Shown: piece after piece, positions 26,272 through 34,635 of the stretch | How positions within the stretch are numbered: the first letter of the stretch is position 1 | Layout: each line of letters starts with the position of its first letter | Virus record (IMG/VR): IMGVR_UViG_3300050821_002963 | Location: 32,001 to 96,000 of that record | Strand: one strand, 5' to 3' | Length of the DNA: 64,000 nt | Origin: a virus | Made by a program: the position numbers and the translations under genes | The notes under the pieces: generated by a model | What the model saw: only the letters and a program-made list of their open reading frames with translations | The model's database searches: none | What the model was told of the DNA's origin: nothing

Positions 26272-26711
26272 ACCGTGTTTTCGTGGACATGGACGGTGTC
26301 ATAGTTGATTTTGAGAAGAAGATGAAGGAGCTCAACTTGCCATCGGTCGACTTCAAGAGGATGGTGGGTGCTTACAGGACACTGGAACCAATGCCAGATG
26401 CTCTGGCGGGTGTAAGGAGTCTGATTGGCATGGGCTACGAAGTATGGATAGCGACGAAGCCTCCTACGGGCGTAGCCTTTGCTTATGCTGACAAAGTGGA
26501 ATGGTTGCTGGAGCATCTTCCAGAATTGAAAAGAAGAATTATCATTACCCACGACAAAGGATTGCTGGGAGATGAGGGAGACTATCTCATAGACGACAGA
26601 CCACATAAGGCGAACTGTAAAGAATTCAAAGGTAGGTTGATTGTGTTTGGTAAAGGTGTTGCGTGGCCGGAAGTCTTGACAATGTTCAGGCAGTATGGAA
26701 ACGGAACTTAA
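26268..26711 (+). CDS. 5'(3')-deoxyribonucleotidase, HAD family
   Basis: FVDMDGVIVDF, WIAT, KVEWL, DYLIDDRP. Confidence 0.88.
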   Translation: MNRVFVDMDGVIVDFEKKMKELNLPSVDFKRMVGAYRTLEPMPDALAGVRSLIGMGYEVWIATKPPTGVAFAYADKVEWLLEHLPELKRRIIITHDKGLLGDEGDYLIDDRPHKANCKEFKGRLIVFGKGVAWPEVLTMFRQYGNGT

Positions 26712-26871
26712 ATGCTGGGTGGTGAAGTCGATGTCACCAGAATTGCAGGCTCAGTACTGGATTTCCATTGGCGAGCCATTTGTGGACAAGGGTAAATGGA
26801 TAGCGTGGCCGGAACACAAGATGAGTGAGTTTGGAAATTGTCAGAGATGCGGATGGAGGCCAAAGAAATGA
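26695..26871 (+). CDS. small hypothetical protein (58 aa)
   Basis: Read by hand; ends H..CQRCGW; ATGA overlap with the next gene. Confidence 0.45.
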   Translation: METELKCWVVKSMSPELQAQYWISIGEPFVDKGKWIAWPEHKMSEFGNCQRCGWRPKK

Positions 26872-27029
26872 CGGCAGAACAGATTAGAAGTTGGGACCTT
26901 CCAGCTTATCTAGACAGGGAAGGTAGACAGAGAAGGCAGATAGAAGTGTTGCAAGAGATAGCAGCACAGTTGGCAGAGTTCAATGAAAGATGTGCTCAGA
27001 ACTGTACGAAGATAGAGGAGAAGAAATGA
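26868..27029 (+). CDS. small hypothetical protein
   Basis: GGAGG SD; ATGA coupling on both sides. Confidence 0.5.
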   Translation: MTAEQIRSWDLPAYLDREGRQRRQIEVLQEIAAQLAEFNERCAQNCTKIEEKK

Positions 27030-27433
27030 ACGAGAATGCAAAAGCATGGATAGCGGCGTTGAGAAGTGGTGAGTACAAGCAGGGGCGGAAAGTTCTTAGA
27101 AACGAGAAGGACGAATACTGTTGCTTGGGTGTGGCTTGCGAGTTAGCGGCCAGGGCTGGGGTAATACCAAAGGCTGAGTTGGTAGTGGCTGAGTTGGTAG
27201 TGGCTGCAGGCAGCAATCCTATCCAGAGAGTTTATCGCTACGATGGGCAGGATTATTATTTGCCTGCATCAGTTGCGTCTTGGCTTGGAGTGGAAACGAT
27301 AGAAGCCAGCTATCAGCGGGAAGGAAGAGCAGCCAATTTGCCGATACACAATGACAACAAGAGAGACAACTTCGAGACCATAGCGGGTGTCATTGAGAAA
27401 GAACCAGAAGGTTTGTTCGTGAAGAATAAATAA
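27026..27433 (+). CDS. hypothetical phage protein
   Basis: WIAALRSGEYKQG..L..CCLGVACEL..ND..FETIA pattern; last gene of the left operon. Confidence 0.7.
   Translation: MNENAKAWIAALRSGEYKQGRKVLRNEKDEYCCLGVACELAARAGVIPKAELVVAELVVAAGSNPIQRVYRYDGQDYYLPASVASWLGVETIEASYQREGRAANLPIHNDNKRDNFETIAGVIEKEPEGLFVKNK
27172..27206 (+). repeat. exact 15-bp tandem duplication (in frame, AELVV x2)
   Basis: ggctgagttggtagt repeated 2.3 times. Confidence 0.85.
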
Positions 27434-27434
27434 C

Positions 27435-27463
27435 TTGACAGGTTTCGGTAAGACGGTTATCAT
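27435..27463 (+). promoter_or_regulatory. sigma70-type promoter
   Basis: TTGACA (27435-27440), 17-nt spacer, TATCAT (27458-27463) at the start of the longest intergenic gap. Confidence 0.8.
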
Positions 27464-27469
27464 GTAGTC

Positions 27470-27645
27470 GACCAATAGAAAAGTAAACAGCTCTCCAGAC
27501 GGGAACACCCCGAACAGCTGGGAATCTAAGCAGGCGCTAGGTTCCCAGCATCTCTTGTCTGAAGGGTTGAGTTTTAGAAAAAGCACGCCGGTCTATAACC
27601 AGTACGCAGACTAGGTGTCCACTGATGTAGCAAGGTGTGCTTTGA
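27470..27645 (+). ncRNA. candidate structured RNA / 5' leader
   Basis: 27488-27504 pairs with 27553-27569, 27517-27528 with 27538-27549, 27580-27589 with 27634-27643; several G-U pairs. Confidence 0.55.
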
Positions 27646-27646
27646 T

Positions 27647-27829
27647 ATGTCACAGCCAGCAACGCCAGGTTTTCCTGTTCCAGTTTCTCCAGCACAGTCT
27701 CCTTCCAAAGTAGTTCAACACGGTGTTCAGCAAAGTTGGGATGGAATCAAAGGTCTGTCCCAGCCGGGTAACACCACGCCAGTAGAAGCCCTCCAAAAAG
27801 ATCCTCGTAAAAATCCGGTTAAGCTCTAG
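27647..27829 (+). CDS. small Pro/Gln-rich hypothetical protein
   Basis: ATG 27647 directly after the structured leader. Confidence 0.5.
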   Translation: MSQPATPGFPVPVSPAQSPSKVVQHGVQQSWDGIKGLSQPGNTTPVEALQKDPRKNPVKL

Positions 27830-27836
27830 AAAGGAA

Positions 27837-28013
27837 ATGATGAGAGACCGGATACTGCAGAACAGACTGAATGGTAGAAAAGGTGGACAGAAAACTGCTC
27901 AGATGTATGGAAAAGAATTCACAGAAGAGAGAGCAAGGATTGCTGGCAACACTTGTCTGATGAGATACGGACGGGAGTTCTACAGGAACATAAGAAAGAA
28001 GAAGGTTGCATGA
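27837..28013 (+). CDS. small basic KGG-motif (general stress protein-like) protein, 58 aa
   Basis: Read by hand: GRKGGQKTAQMYGKEF...RYGREFY; AAGGA SD; ATGA overlap with the next gene. Confidence 0.6.
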   Translation: MMRDRILQNRLNGRKGGQKTAQMYGKEFTEERARIAGNTCLMRYGREFYRNIRKKKVA

Positions 28014-28579
28014 GAGCGGCACAGAAGTCCAGGCAAGTTAGGGTAACTTCGGGTAAGAGACCTAGTCCGAACCGTGGAAAAAGCTATATGCCTTTGCCGC
28101 AGCAGGTTCGGGTGATGAAGAAGTATGCAGATGGAAAAAGCATGAGGCAGATTGCAGCAGAAGAGAAGAAGGATGAGGTTACGATTGCCAGGGTGGTGAA
28201 GTCGGAAGAGATGCAGGCATTTGGGAAGTCTTTGTTGGAGAAGATTCTGGGTAGATGCGGGGATAAGTTGGTACTCAGGATTGAGCATGAGATAGAGGAT
28301 TGGGATACGAAGAATGGAGCATGGGTGGCAATGGATTTGGCGGAGAGGATTGGAGCAATCCCACCAAAGATACACAGACAAGCTACAGTGGTTGCGGATG
28401 TTAGTGGTTCAGATGTTGTGGGAGATGTAACGAATCCGGATACTTGGTTGCTGAGGATGGTGCAGTTGGCCAAGGAGAAGGGAAGGGTATTCGGTACGAG
28501 ACTTCCAGATATAGAGGAAGTGCTAACAAAGGAGGAAAGGGAGAAGTACGAGGCGGAGTTGGCGGAGGAACAGGAATAA
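28010..28579 (+). CDS. HTH protein, possible terminase small subunit
   Basis: YADGKSMRQIAAEEKKDEVTIARVV HTH followed by helical region; near the head of the right-hand operon. Confidence 0.5.
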   Translation: MRAAQKSRQVRVTSGKRPSPNRGKSYMPLPQQVRVMKKYADGKSMRQIAAEEKKDEVTIARVVKSEEMQAFGKSLLEKILGRCGDKLVLRIEHEIEDWDTKNGAWVAMDLAERIGAIPPKIHRQATVVADVSGSDVVGDVTNPDTWLLRMVQLAKEKGRVFGTRLPDIEEVLTKEEREKYEAELAEEQE

Positions 28580-28746
28580 TGGCCACAGATTGGTTGCGGC
28601 AAGAAGAGATGGTTCAGATAGAACTGAGTTGCGGACATCCTAATCAGAATGACGGCGAGAAGTGCGAACACTGTGGGGTGGTCATTCCCACTAAGGCGAA
28701 GGCGCCGGAGGATTCTGAGAATGGACGTGTACAGGAAGTACGATGA
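28579..28746 (+). CDS. small zinc-ribbon protein
   Basis: SCGHPN...KCEHCG. Confidence 0.5.
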   Translation: MATDWLRQEEMVQIELSCGHPNQNDGEKCEHCGVVIPTKAKAPEDSENGRVQEVR

Positions 28747-29221
28747 GCTCCATGGTGTAGAAGACCAGATCGGGCTCAGAGGTTGCTATCAGATTGCTCT
28801 GCTGGATGCAAAGACTGGCAGGGAGTTGCAGAGAGTAAAGATTGACAACGTGGTGGTTACCTCTGGGAGAAGATACGTTCTTTCCAGATTGGTCAGCAAC
28901 GCGCCACAGACGGATACGATGAACGCCATCTCGGTTGGGACCAGCACAACGGCTCCAGCAACGGGAGACACGATTCTGGGTTCGGAAGCATTGAGAATTG
29001 CCATTGCTTCTTTCGACACATCGAACATGACGAGCAATCCGCCAAGCTGGAACGCGCAGTGCACATTTGCGACGAACCAAGCTAACACAACTCTGGGAGA
29101 AGCTGGGTTATTCAACAGCACTGCCAGCAACGTTCAAACGATGCTGTCCCACGTGACATTCGCCATAATCAACAAGACGACATCGAACACGCTGGCGATT
29201 ACCTACACAATCAGCAACTAG
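28721..29221 (+). CDS. virion structural protein (tail-collar/fibre-attachment-like)
   Basis: NVVVTSGR, ISVGTSTTAPATGDTILGSE, EAGLFN, INKT...ITYTI pattern. Confidence 0.7.
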   Translation: MDVYRKYDELHGVEDQIGLRGCYQIALLDAKTGRELQRVKIDNVVVTSGRRYVLSRLVSNAPQTDTMNAISVGTSTTAPATGDTILGSEALRIAIASFDTSNMTSNPPSWNAQCTFATNQANTTLGEAGLFNSTASNVQTMLSHVTFAIINKTTSNTLAITYTISN

Positions 29222-29268
29222 GCCCCAATGGAAGATGGGGAGAGATTCCATTAGGGGAGGAACTAAAA

Positions 29269-29592
29269 GTGGGTCCACAAAAAATAGGAGAGTACGTAAA
29301 TGGAAATGGAATCAAGCGCTGGCATCTTGGTCTATCATTCTTGATAGCGCTGCTGGCGCTTGGTAACTCTTTTTTCTATCCCAGTAGCAATGGAGTTAAA
29401 GTAGAAGAACATCTGAGATATATAGACGCCAGATTGGACAAGTACGATTCCGATCTGGCTAGGAAAGATGTTCTCTACTCCAGATTTGAACAATACGACA
29501 AACAGCTAACTCGGCAAGAGGATACTATCAGAGAGCAGACCAAAGCGTTAGAGCAGTTGCAGGCCCAGTTGGCTAGGAGCAGGAGGAATTAG
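29269..29592 (+). CDS. single-TM coiled-coil membrane protein (holin-like?)
   Basis: GGAGG SD, TM helix then coiled coil. Confidence 0.55.
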   Translation: MGPQKIGEYVNGNGIKRWHLGLSFLIALLALGNSFFYPSSNGVKVEEHLRYIDARLDKYDSDLARKDVLYSRFEQYDKQLTRQEDTIREQTKALEQLQAQLARSRRN

Positions 29593-29595
29593 AGG

Positions 29596-29922
29596 ATGTC
29601 TATGGATAAGATGGGGATCAACTGGAGATACGATACGCTGGTGCTGGTTGTTTCCACCTGGCTACTTGGGTTGTTTAGCTTGGGTGTACTTGTCAGGCAG
29701 TTAAAAGTTAACAACCTAGCGAATCGAGCTACATTGGAAAGGGTGGCGACACAGATCATAGAAGCGAACAGTTCGGAGCGATTATTGATTCAGCAGGCCA
29801 ATGAGATACAGGTTAGACAAAGGGCTATCAACGATAACCTGGACGATAATCTGGTGAAGCTGAAAGAACTGCATGCCGCGTTGCAGAGAGAAGCTGGTAA
29901 GAGAAAGGAGAAGAATGAGTAA
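29596..29922 (+). CDS. single-TM coiled-coil membrane protein
   Basis: TM helix then coiled coil. Confidence 0.55.
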   Translation: MSMDKMGINWRYDTLVLVVSTWLLGLFSLGVLVRQLKVNNLANRATLERVATQIIEANSSERLLIQQANEIQVRQRAINDNLDDNLVKLKELHAALQREAGKRKEKNE

Positions 29923-30649
29923 CTTCCATCTGCACAGTCTGGTGGCAGAACAGGAGTTGGGTTGGAACTGGGATGGGAAAGCCTTTTTCAGAATAAGAAC
30001 GGGAGATTGGGATAGACAGGAGCCGGTAGACCCAGCACCGGCATACGGTCACGATAATTATCTGGCGGGGCAGATGCTGATGCTATCAGCAAAGACGTTT
30101 CCAATAGACAGAGACGTGACGATGTATCTATTGGACAGGGAGACAACGGATAGAACAAACGGATGTACTCACATCGGCAACAAGTATTATTCTGGTCTGC
30201 CTAAGGACAAGAACGATGAGTATCCGTGGGATGCAACGATAGTTCTATATGGCAAGAGAATTCCACCACACCCAGCAATGACAAGATATCTGGTGGCACA
30301 CGAATACGGTCATGTGGTCAAGAAGTACATCAGTTGGATGCGGGGAGAGAAGGAAGCAGACGATAAGTTGTACAAGGAGTATGGAGAAGTCAGGGAGATG
30401 GAGCAGGTCAAGAGCTATGGACCTGGCACGTGGCACAAAGCAGTATCGGAGTTGTTTGCGAATGATTTCCGGATGTTGGTTACAGGGGTAGAGAAAGAGT
30501 ATTGGCCTCATCCTGGATTCAAGAGGCCGGAAGAACTGGACAAGGTGCAGTTGTGGTGGACACACGCGAAAGAGCTGGCACACAAGGAGAATGAGAATGA
30601 GAAGGATGTTGTTGGCAGTGTTCCTGCTGCTGAGTTGCGTAACAGCTAG
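29915..30649 (+). CDS. zincin-like metallopeptidase
   Basis: VAHEYGH (HExxH) plus downstream ELFANDF third ligand. Confidence 0.7.
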   Translation: MSNFHLHSLVAEQELGWNWDGKAFFRIRTGDWDRQEPVDPAPAYGHDNYLAGQMLMLSAKTFPIDRDVTMYLLDRETTDRTNGCTHIGNKYYSGLPKDKNDEYPWDATIVLYGKRIPPHPAMTRYLVAHEYGHVVKKYISWMRGEKEADDKLYKEYGEVREMEQVKSYGPGTWHKAVSELFANDFRMLVTGVEKEYWPHPGFKRPEELDKVQLWWTHAKELAHKENENEKDVVGSVPAAELRNS

Positions 30650-30971
30650 ACCTCAGGCTCAGACCCAATCGAGACAGTTTTCCATCCAAGTGGTAGCGGC
30701 TGGCTCGAAGCGTTTGGTAAATCTCTCTTGGACGCCTGGTCCACCGGTAGCTTGCGGAACGGTAGTCGGCTACAAGATTTACAAAAGCACAGCCGCGACA
30801 ATAGATACTATGGAGTATCTGGCTTCCACGGCGACAACTATTTATGTAGATCAGGCGGTTACCTCTGGACACACTTATTTTTATCTGGTAACAGCTTACG
30901 TGGATAGTACGAGCAGTTGCTTTCCACCAGAGAGTAATCCATCTAATACGGTCTCGGCGGTTATTCCTTAA
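30591..30971 (+). CDS. exported fibronectin type III domain protein
   Basis: signal peptide; VNLSWT, GYKIYKS, YVD.AV.SG.TYFY.VTA, ESNPSN. Confidence 0.82.
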   Translation: MRMRRMLLAVFLLLSCVTARPQAQTQSRQFSIQVVAAGSKRLVNLSWTPGPPVACGTVVGYKIYKSTAATIDTMEYLASTATTIYVDQAVTSGHTYFYLVTAYVDSTSSCFPPESNPSNTVSAVIP

Positions 30972-30977
30972 GAGGGA

Positions 30978-31877
30978 GTGGACATGAAAGCATTATTGGC
31001 TATTTTGACGTTGATGGTTTTGTGGGGAGATCCGGTTCCACCGGCAGCTCCGATTCTATCCAGCGTGACACCGAGTAGGATTGCGGTTGCTTCACCGGAT
31101 ACGGGAGTAGCACTAGCTGGTAGCAACTTTCGTTCCAATGCCAGAGCGGTGTTAAACCAGACACAGCCATTGACAACGAATTTCATAAGCTCGACAGCAC
31201 TGAGGGCTATCATACCGGCGGTAAGCTTGAAGACGCCTGGAACGGCTTCCATTTTGGTTTCACAATCGACGGGTTCGAATCAGTCGGCTTCGAAGAGTCT
31301 GTCAATTACGATTGCGGCAGCCCCAACGCCAACGATTACCACAATCAGTCCGGCTCATGTGGTGTTGGGTAGTCCAGCATTTACGCTGACGGTTAACGGT
31401 ACGAACTTTTCCAGTTCGTCGGTGGTCATGTGGGACTCGACGGCACTGGTGACCACATTCGTAAGTGCTGCACAGCTGACAGCAGCAGTTCCGAATACGT
31501 TGTACAATCTGGTCGGCACTTCCAGTATCACGGTCAAAGATACTTCGGGAGTATCGGCACCAGCTACTATGACCAAGGTTGGGGTGCTGACGATTACGGC
31601 GGTAGCACTTCCTGGTGGACAAGTCAATACGGTATACCAGACGACAACGTTGACAGCCACGGGTGGCACGGCGCCATACACTTGGACTCTGGCTACGGGG
31701 AGCAGTTTACCTGCAGGCCTGACACTAAGCTCAGCAGGAGTTATCAGTGGCACACCAACGGGTGTTGGCATAACGACATTTCCTTCGACGGTTACGTTTA
31801 CGGTGGTGGTAACAGACGCTACTGGAACACTGGCAAGACGGAAGTTTACATTTGGTAAAGCGGTTTCGGGGAAGTAA
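30978..31877 (+). CDS. exported Ig-fold protein (two IPT/TIG + putative Ig domain)
   Basis: signal-like N-terminus; PTITTISP..LTVNGTNF..TTFVSAAQLTA; ATGGTAPYTW..GSSLPAGLTLS..GVISGTPT. Confidence 0.82.
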   Translation: MDMKALLAILTLMVLWGDPVPPAAPILSSVTPSRIAVASPDTGVALAGSNFRSNARAVLNQTQPLTTNFISSTALRAIIPAVSLKTPGTASILVSQSTGSNQSASKSLSITIAAAPTPTITTISPAHVVLGSPAFTLTVNGTNFSSSSVVMWDSTALVTTFVSAAQLTAAVPNTLYNLVGTSSITVKDTSGVSAPATMTKVGVLTITAVALPGGQVNTVYQTTTLTATGGTAPYTWTLATGSSLPAGLTLSSAGVISGTPTGVGITTFPSTVTFTVVVTDATGTLARRKFTFGKAVSGK

Positions 31878-31879
31878 AG

Positions 31880-32101
31880 ATGCGAAAAAGAAAAAGCAAT
31901 CCGGTGACTTTGGAGAGGTTGCTGAAGACAGCTCCTGAAAGTCACCGGTTGACGTTGATGGAAGTAAGAGCACTGAATTCAATTCAGAAGCAGTATAAGG
32001 TACAGATTAAGTTCATGATGGACTGTGTACAGTGGAAGAACAAGAATAAGATTACCCAGGCAATGCTTGAGCAGTTGGTGAACGGGCCTTGCTGGGGCTG
32101 A
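31880..32101 (+). CDS. small hypothetical protein
   Basis: ORF track. Confidence 0.5.
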   Translation: MRKRKSNPVTLERLLKTAPESHRLTLMEVRALNSIQKQYKVQIKFMMDCVQWKNKNKITQAMLEQLVNGPCWG

Positions 32102-32114
32102 GAGGAGAATAAGA

Positions 32115-32339
32115 ATGGTTATCCCAGCGGCAATGAATGTGGAGTCAGCGGTAGACATGCTGAAGGTAATAGACAAGGCAGTCATAGATGACCAGCTGAA
32201 AGAATTGCGGGAGGGACTGCCGGGTGTCAACAACGATATCGAGAAAGGTTATCTACTGGGACTGCAGACAGCGAGAAGTGTGATCAGAGGGAATGTGGCT
32301 ATCGGCTTGGCTGGCATAGATGCGGAGAACATACTGTGA
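32115..32339 (+). CDS. small hypothetical protein
   Basis: GAGGAG SD; ORF track. Confidence 0.55.
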   Translation: MVIPAAMNVESAVDMLKVIDKAVIDDQLKELREGLPGVNNDIEKGYLLGLQTARSVIRGNVAIGLAGIDAENIL

Positions 32340-32797
32340 GTAAGATAGGACTAGCGGCTTTGCTGTTGCTATTGACTGCTTGGCCGACAATGGCTGGGCC
32401 AAAGAAAGTGTTGACTTTCTTTACTAGACCATTTCGCGACCCTCTCTGGGACGTAGGAGAGTTTTTGAACGCGGCAGCAATCGGTACAGATGCTTACTCA
32501 ACAGTCTTGCGGACGAATAGGCAGGTGGAGACAAATCGTTTCCTGGGTAGGAATCCATCACGGGCTAGTGTGGTTGGTTTGGCAACACTTAGTTTCAGCC
32601 TACAGACTACTTATCACGCGGCGTGTTGGCATTTGACTACGGGTGAGAACGATACGAAGCCTTGGCGTATTGTTGGCTATACGGCTATACCGACTGAGGT
32701 TGTGATTATCTATGGATATTTTGGAGCAGTCCATAATTTTCAGCTGGAGTTTCCGAAGCTCAAAGCTCAGGACTCTATGATCCAGGTGAAACGATAA
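32336..32797 (+). CDS. exported/membrane hypothetical protein
   Basis: signal peptide, DAYST..ETNRFLG.NPS, hydrophobic helices. Confidence 0.6.
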   Translation: MSKIGLAALLLLLTAWPTMAGPKKVLTFFTRPFRDPLWDVGEFLNAAAIGTDAYSTVLRTNRQVETNRFLGRNPSRASVVGLATLSFSLQTTYHAACWHLTTGENDTKPWRIVGYTAIPTEVVIIYGYFGAVHNFQLEFPKLKAQDSMIQVKR

Positions 32798-32808
32798 GGA
32801 GAATAAAA

Positions 32809-33153
32809 ATGAACAGACGTGAGTGGATGAGACAGATAGGACTGGGAGCACTGGTAGGCTATGCAGCTACAAAGATAGGCTTGCCAGAAGATGCAGTAGC
32901 AGAAAGCAATGTGGATGTGCGAGTAAATACTAGGCCGGATGAAGTAATAGAACGATGTGGTTGGCGTGATGGGAAATGGATGCATGCGAAGGATGTAAGA
33001 TGCTTCGGGGCTATGGTTGATGGAGTTCATGACGATACGGAGGCGGTTCAGAAAGCATTGGATTGGGCAGCGTCAAAGCCCGCAGATGAAATTAGACGGG
33101 TCTGGCTTCCAGTTGGTAAGAAAGTAAGAATAGATGGGATAGTGAGAATATGA
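32809..33153 (+). CDS. Tat-signal protein with the N-terminal cap motif of pectate-lyase-like beta-helices
   Basis: MNRREWM twin-Arg leader; DVRCFGAMVDGVHDDTEAVQKALD..VWLPVG. Confidence 0.65.
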   Translation: MNRREWMRQIGLGALVGYAATKIGLPEDAVAESNVDVRVNTRPDEVIERCGWRDGKWMHAKDVRCFGAMVDGVHDDTEAVQKALDWAASKPADEIRRVWLPVGKKVRIDGIVRI

Positions 33154-33223
33154 TTACCGCAGCGTTTTTTATGGGGTTTGTAATTGGCCTCGTACTAGGA
33201 GCCAAGGTTGGCAGGGACTATCT

Positions 33224-34111
33224 ATGAAAGTTCTCTGCACATTCTCGGGAAAGTATGGGGATATACTTTGGTCTCTGCCAACAGCTAGGCAGATTGCAAA
33301 AGACATTGCCTGCGATCCGGTGGATTTTGCCATGATGCCTTACTACGAAAGTTTGTGTCCACTGATAGAAGCACAGGAGTACATTCGTAGATGCTTTGTG
33401 ATTCCGGATTGGATACGGACGCATAGCAATCATGGAGACGGGCCGTGGGAAGCTCCAACGTTCAAAGAACAGTACGAAGGCAGGGAATGGACGGCTACGG
33501 TCGGTCGGCATGAAGACTTTACAGCTGGTTATCTATACGACAAGGTGTATCAGCTAACGTACAAAGCCCATCCTGGCATATCAGCACCAAGTATGGCACT
33601 GGTAGACTTCGTAGCCTACCAGCAAGGAATACAGCTGCAGCAGCCGGTGGTTCCTTTTATAAGTACAGGAAAGAAAAGGATGTGGCATGAGAACGGACTC
33701 ATGGTCGCGGTGGCTTTCAACGAACAATACGATGAGCTGAAGAAACAGTTCATTAGGGAGTTGGCGGCTAGAGTTGGTGAGATGACGAGAGAGAATCATT
33801 ACACAGTGGACTTGCACGATGTGGCTAATCTGCCTTGGCTGGAAGCGGCTCAGGTAATAGAAGATGCGGATCTGTTTATCGGATGCAGATCAGCAAACTG
33901 GGTCATAGCGATGGGGCTGGGGAAGCAGACGATAACGTATGAGCCTCATCCTTCCAGACATGCCAGCTGCCACTTGGGAAAAGTCTTCGGTTGCCCTTAT
34001 GGGCAGGAGTATCCGTTGCCGTACATGATGCCACCAGCAGTGGCAGCAGAAGCGGCGGCAGGGATGATTAGAAAAAGAATAGAAGAAGTAAAGGAGAAAG
34101 TAACAGCATGA
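33224..34111 (+). CDS. GT9 (heptosyltransferase-like) glycosyltransferase
   Basis: GKYGDILWSLP; EAAQVIEDADLFIGCRSANWVIAMGLGKQT. Confidence 0.75.
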   Translation: MKVLCTFSGKYGDILWSLPTARQIAKDIACDPVDFAMMPYYESLCPLIEAQEYIRRCFVIPDWIRTHSNHGDGPWEAPTFKEQYEGREWTATVGRHEDFTAGYLYDKVYQLTYKAHPGISAPSMALVDFVAYQQGIQLQQPVVPFISTGKKRMWHENGLMVAVAFNEQYDELKKQFIRELAARVGEMTRENHYTVDLHDVANLPWLEAAQVIEDADLFIGCRSANWVIAMGLGKQTITYEPHPSRHASCHLGKVFGCPYGQEYPLPYMMPPAVAAEAAAGMIRKRIEEVKEKVTA

Positions 34112-34320
34112 AGAACTTTTCAGATTCGGAGTTGGTTGAGTTCGCGGACTGGGCAGAAGTAACAGAGAAGGACAACACAGCAACGGTAGAAGCAAGAAGA
34201 GCTGCATCAGCCATCAGGCAGGGTTGCGATTGGATGCTGAGACACAGGGCGAGAGAAAGACAGCAGCAGATAGAACAGGCAGGTAATGTTTCGGTGACTC
34301 AGCCACAAAGAAAGCAATAG
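34108..34320 (+). CDS. small hypothetical protein
   Basis: ORF track; ATGA coupling. Confidence 0.5.
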   Translation: MKNFSDSELVEFADWAEVTEKDNTATVEARRAASAIRQGCDWMLRHRARERQQQIEQAGNVSVTQPQRKQ

Positions 34321-34332
34321 AGGAGAACAAGC

Positions 34333-34635
34333 ATGATACTGAATAAGGCCGGACAGACGTGGAGTTTCAAATCGTGGCAAGAGCAGGAGTATCCGGAAGT
34401 CGTGGATGCGGTAGCTGCAATCAAGGTGCAGCCGAGAGAACAGTTCGTGAAGCAGATGCTGGAAGAACATGATTCGGTCAGGAAGTACGGCTATCCAGAT
34501 TTGCACTACCATAACAATATGGTAACGACAGCAGCGGTTTATCCCAGCGTAGAATACAGAAGTGGTTTTAGAGGTAAAGTAAGGTCGTCGTACAATACCA
34601 AAACAGGAATGATGGACCATACAGAGGAAAAGTAA
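34333..34635 (+). CDS. hypothetical protein
   Basis: GAGGAG SD; ORF track. Confidence 0.55.
   Translation: MILNKAGQTWSFKSWQEQEYPEVVDAVAAIKVQPREQFVKQMLEEHDSVRKYGYPDLHYHNNMVTTAAVYPSVEYRSGFRGKVRSSYNTKTGMMDHTEEK

Noticed and set aside
26676-26704. TTGACA as a promoter -35
   Set aside because: Lies inside a coding region with no acceptable -10 at 16-18 nt
27470-27645. tRNA or simple intrinsic terminator
   Set aside because: No cloverleaf or TTCGA T-loop; the stems are long and interrupted with only a short T run, so kept as an unclassified structured RNA
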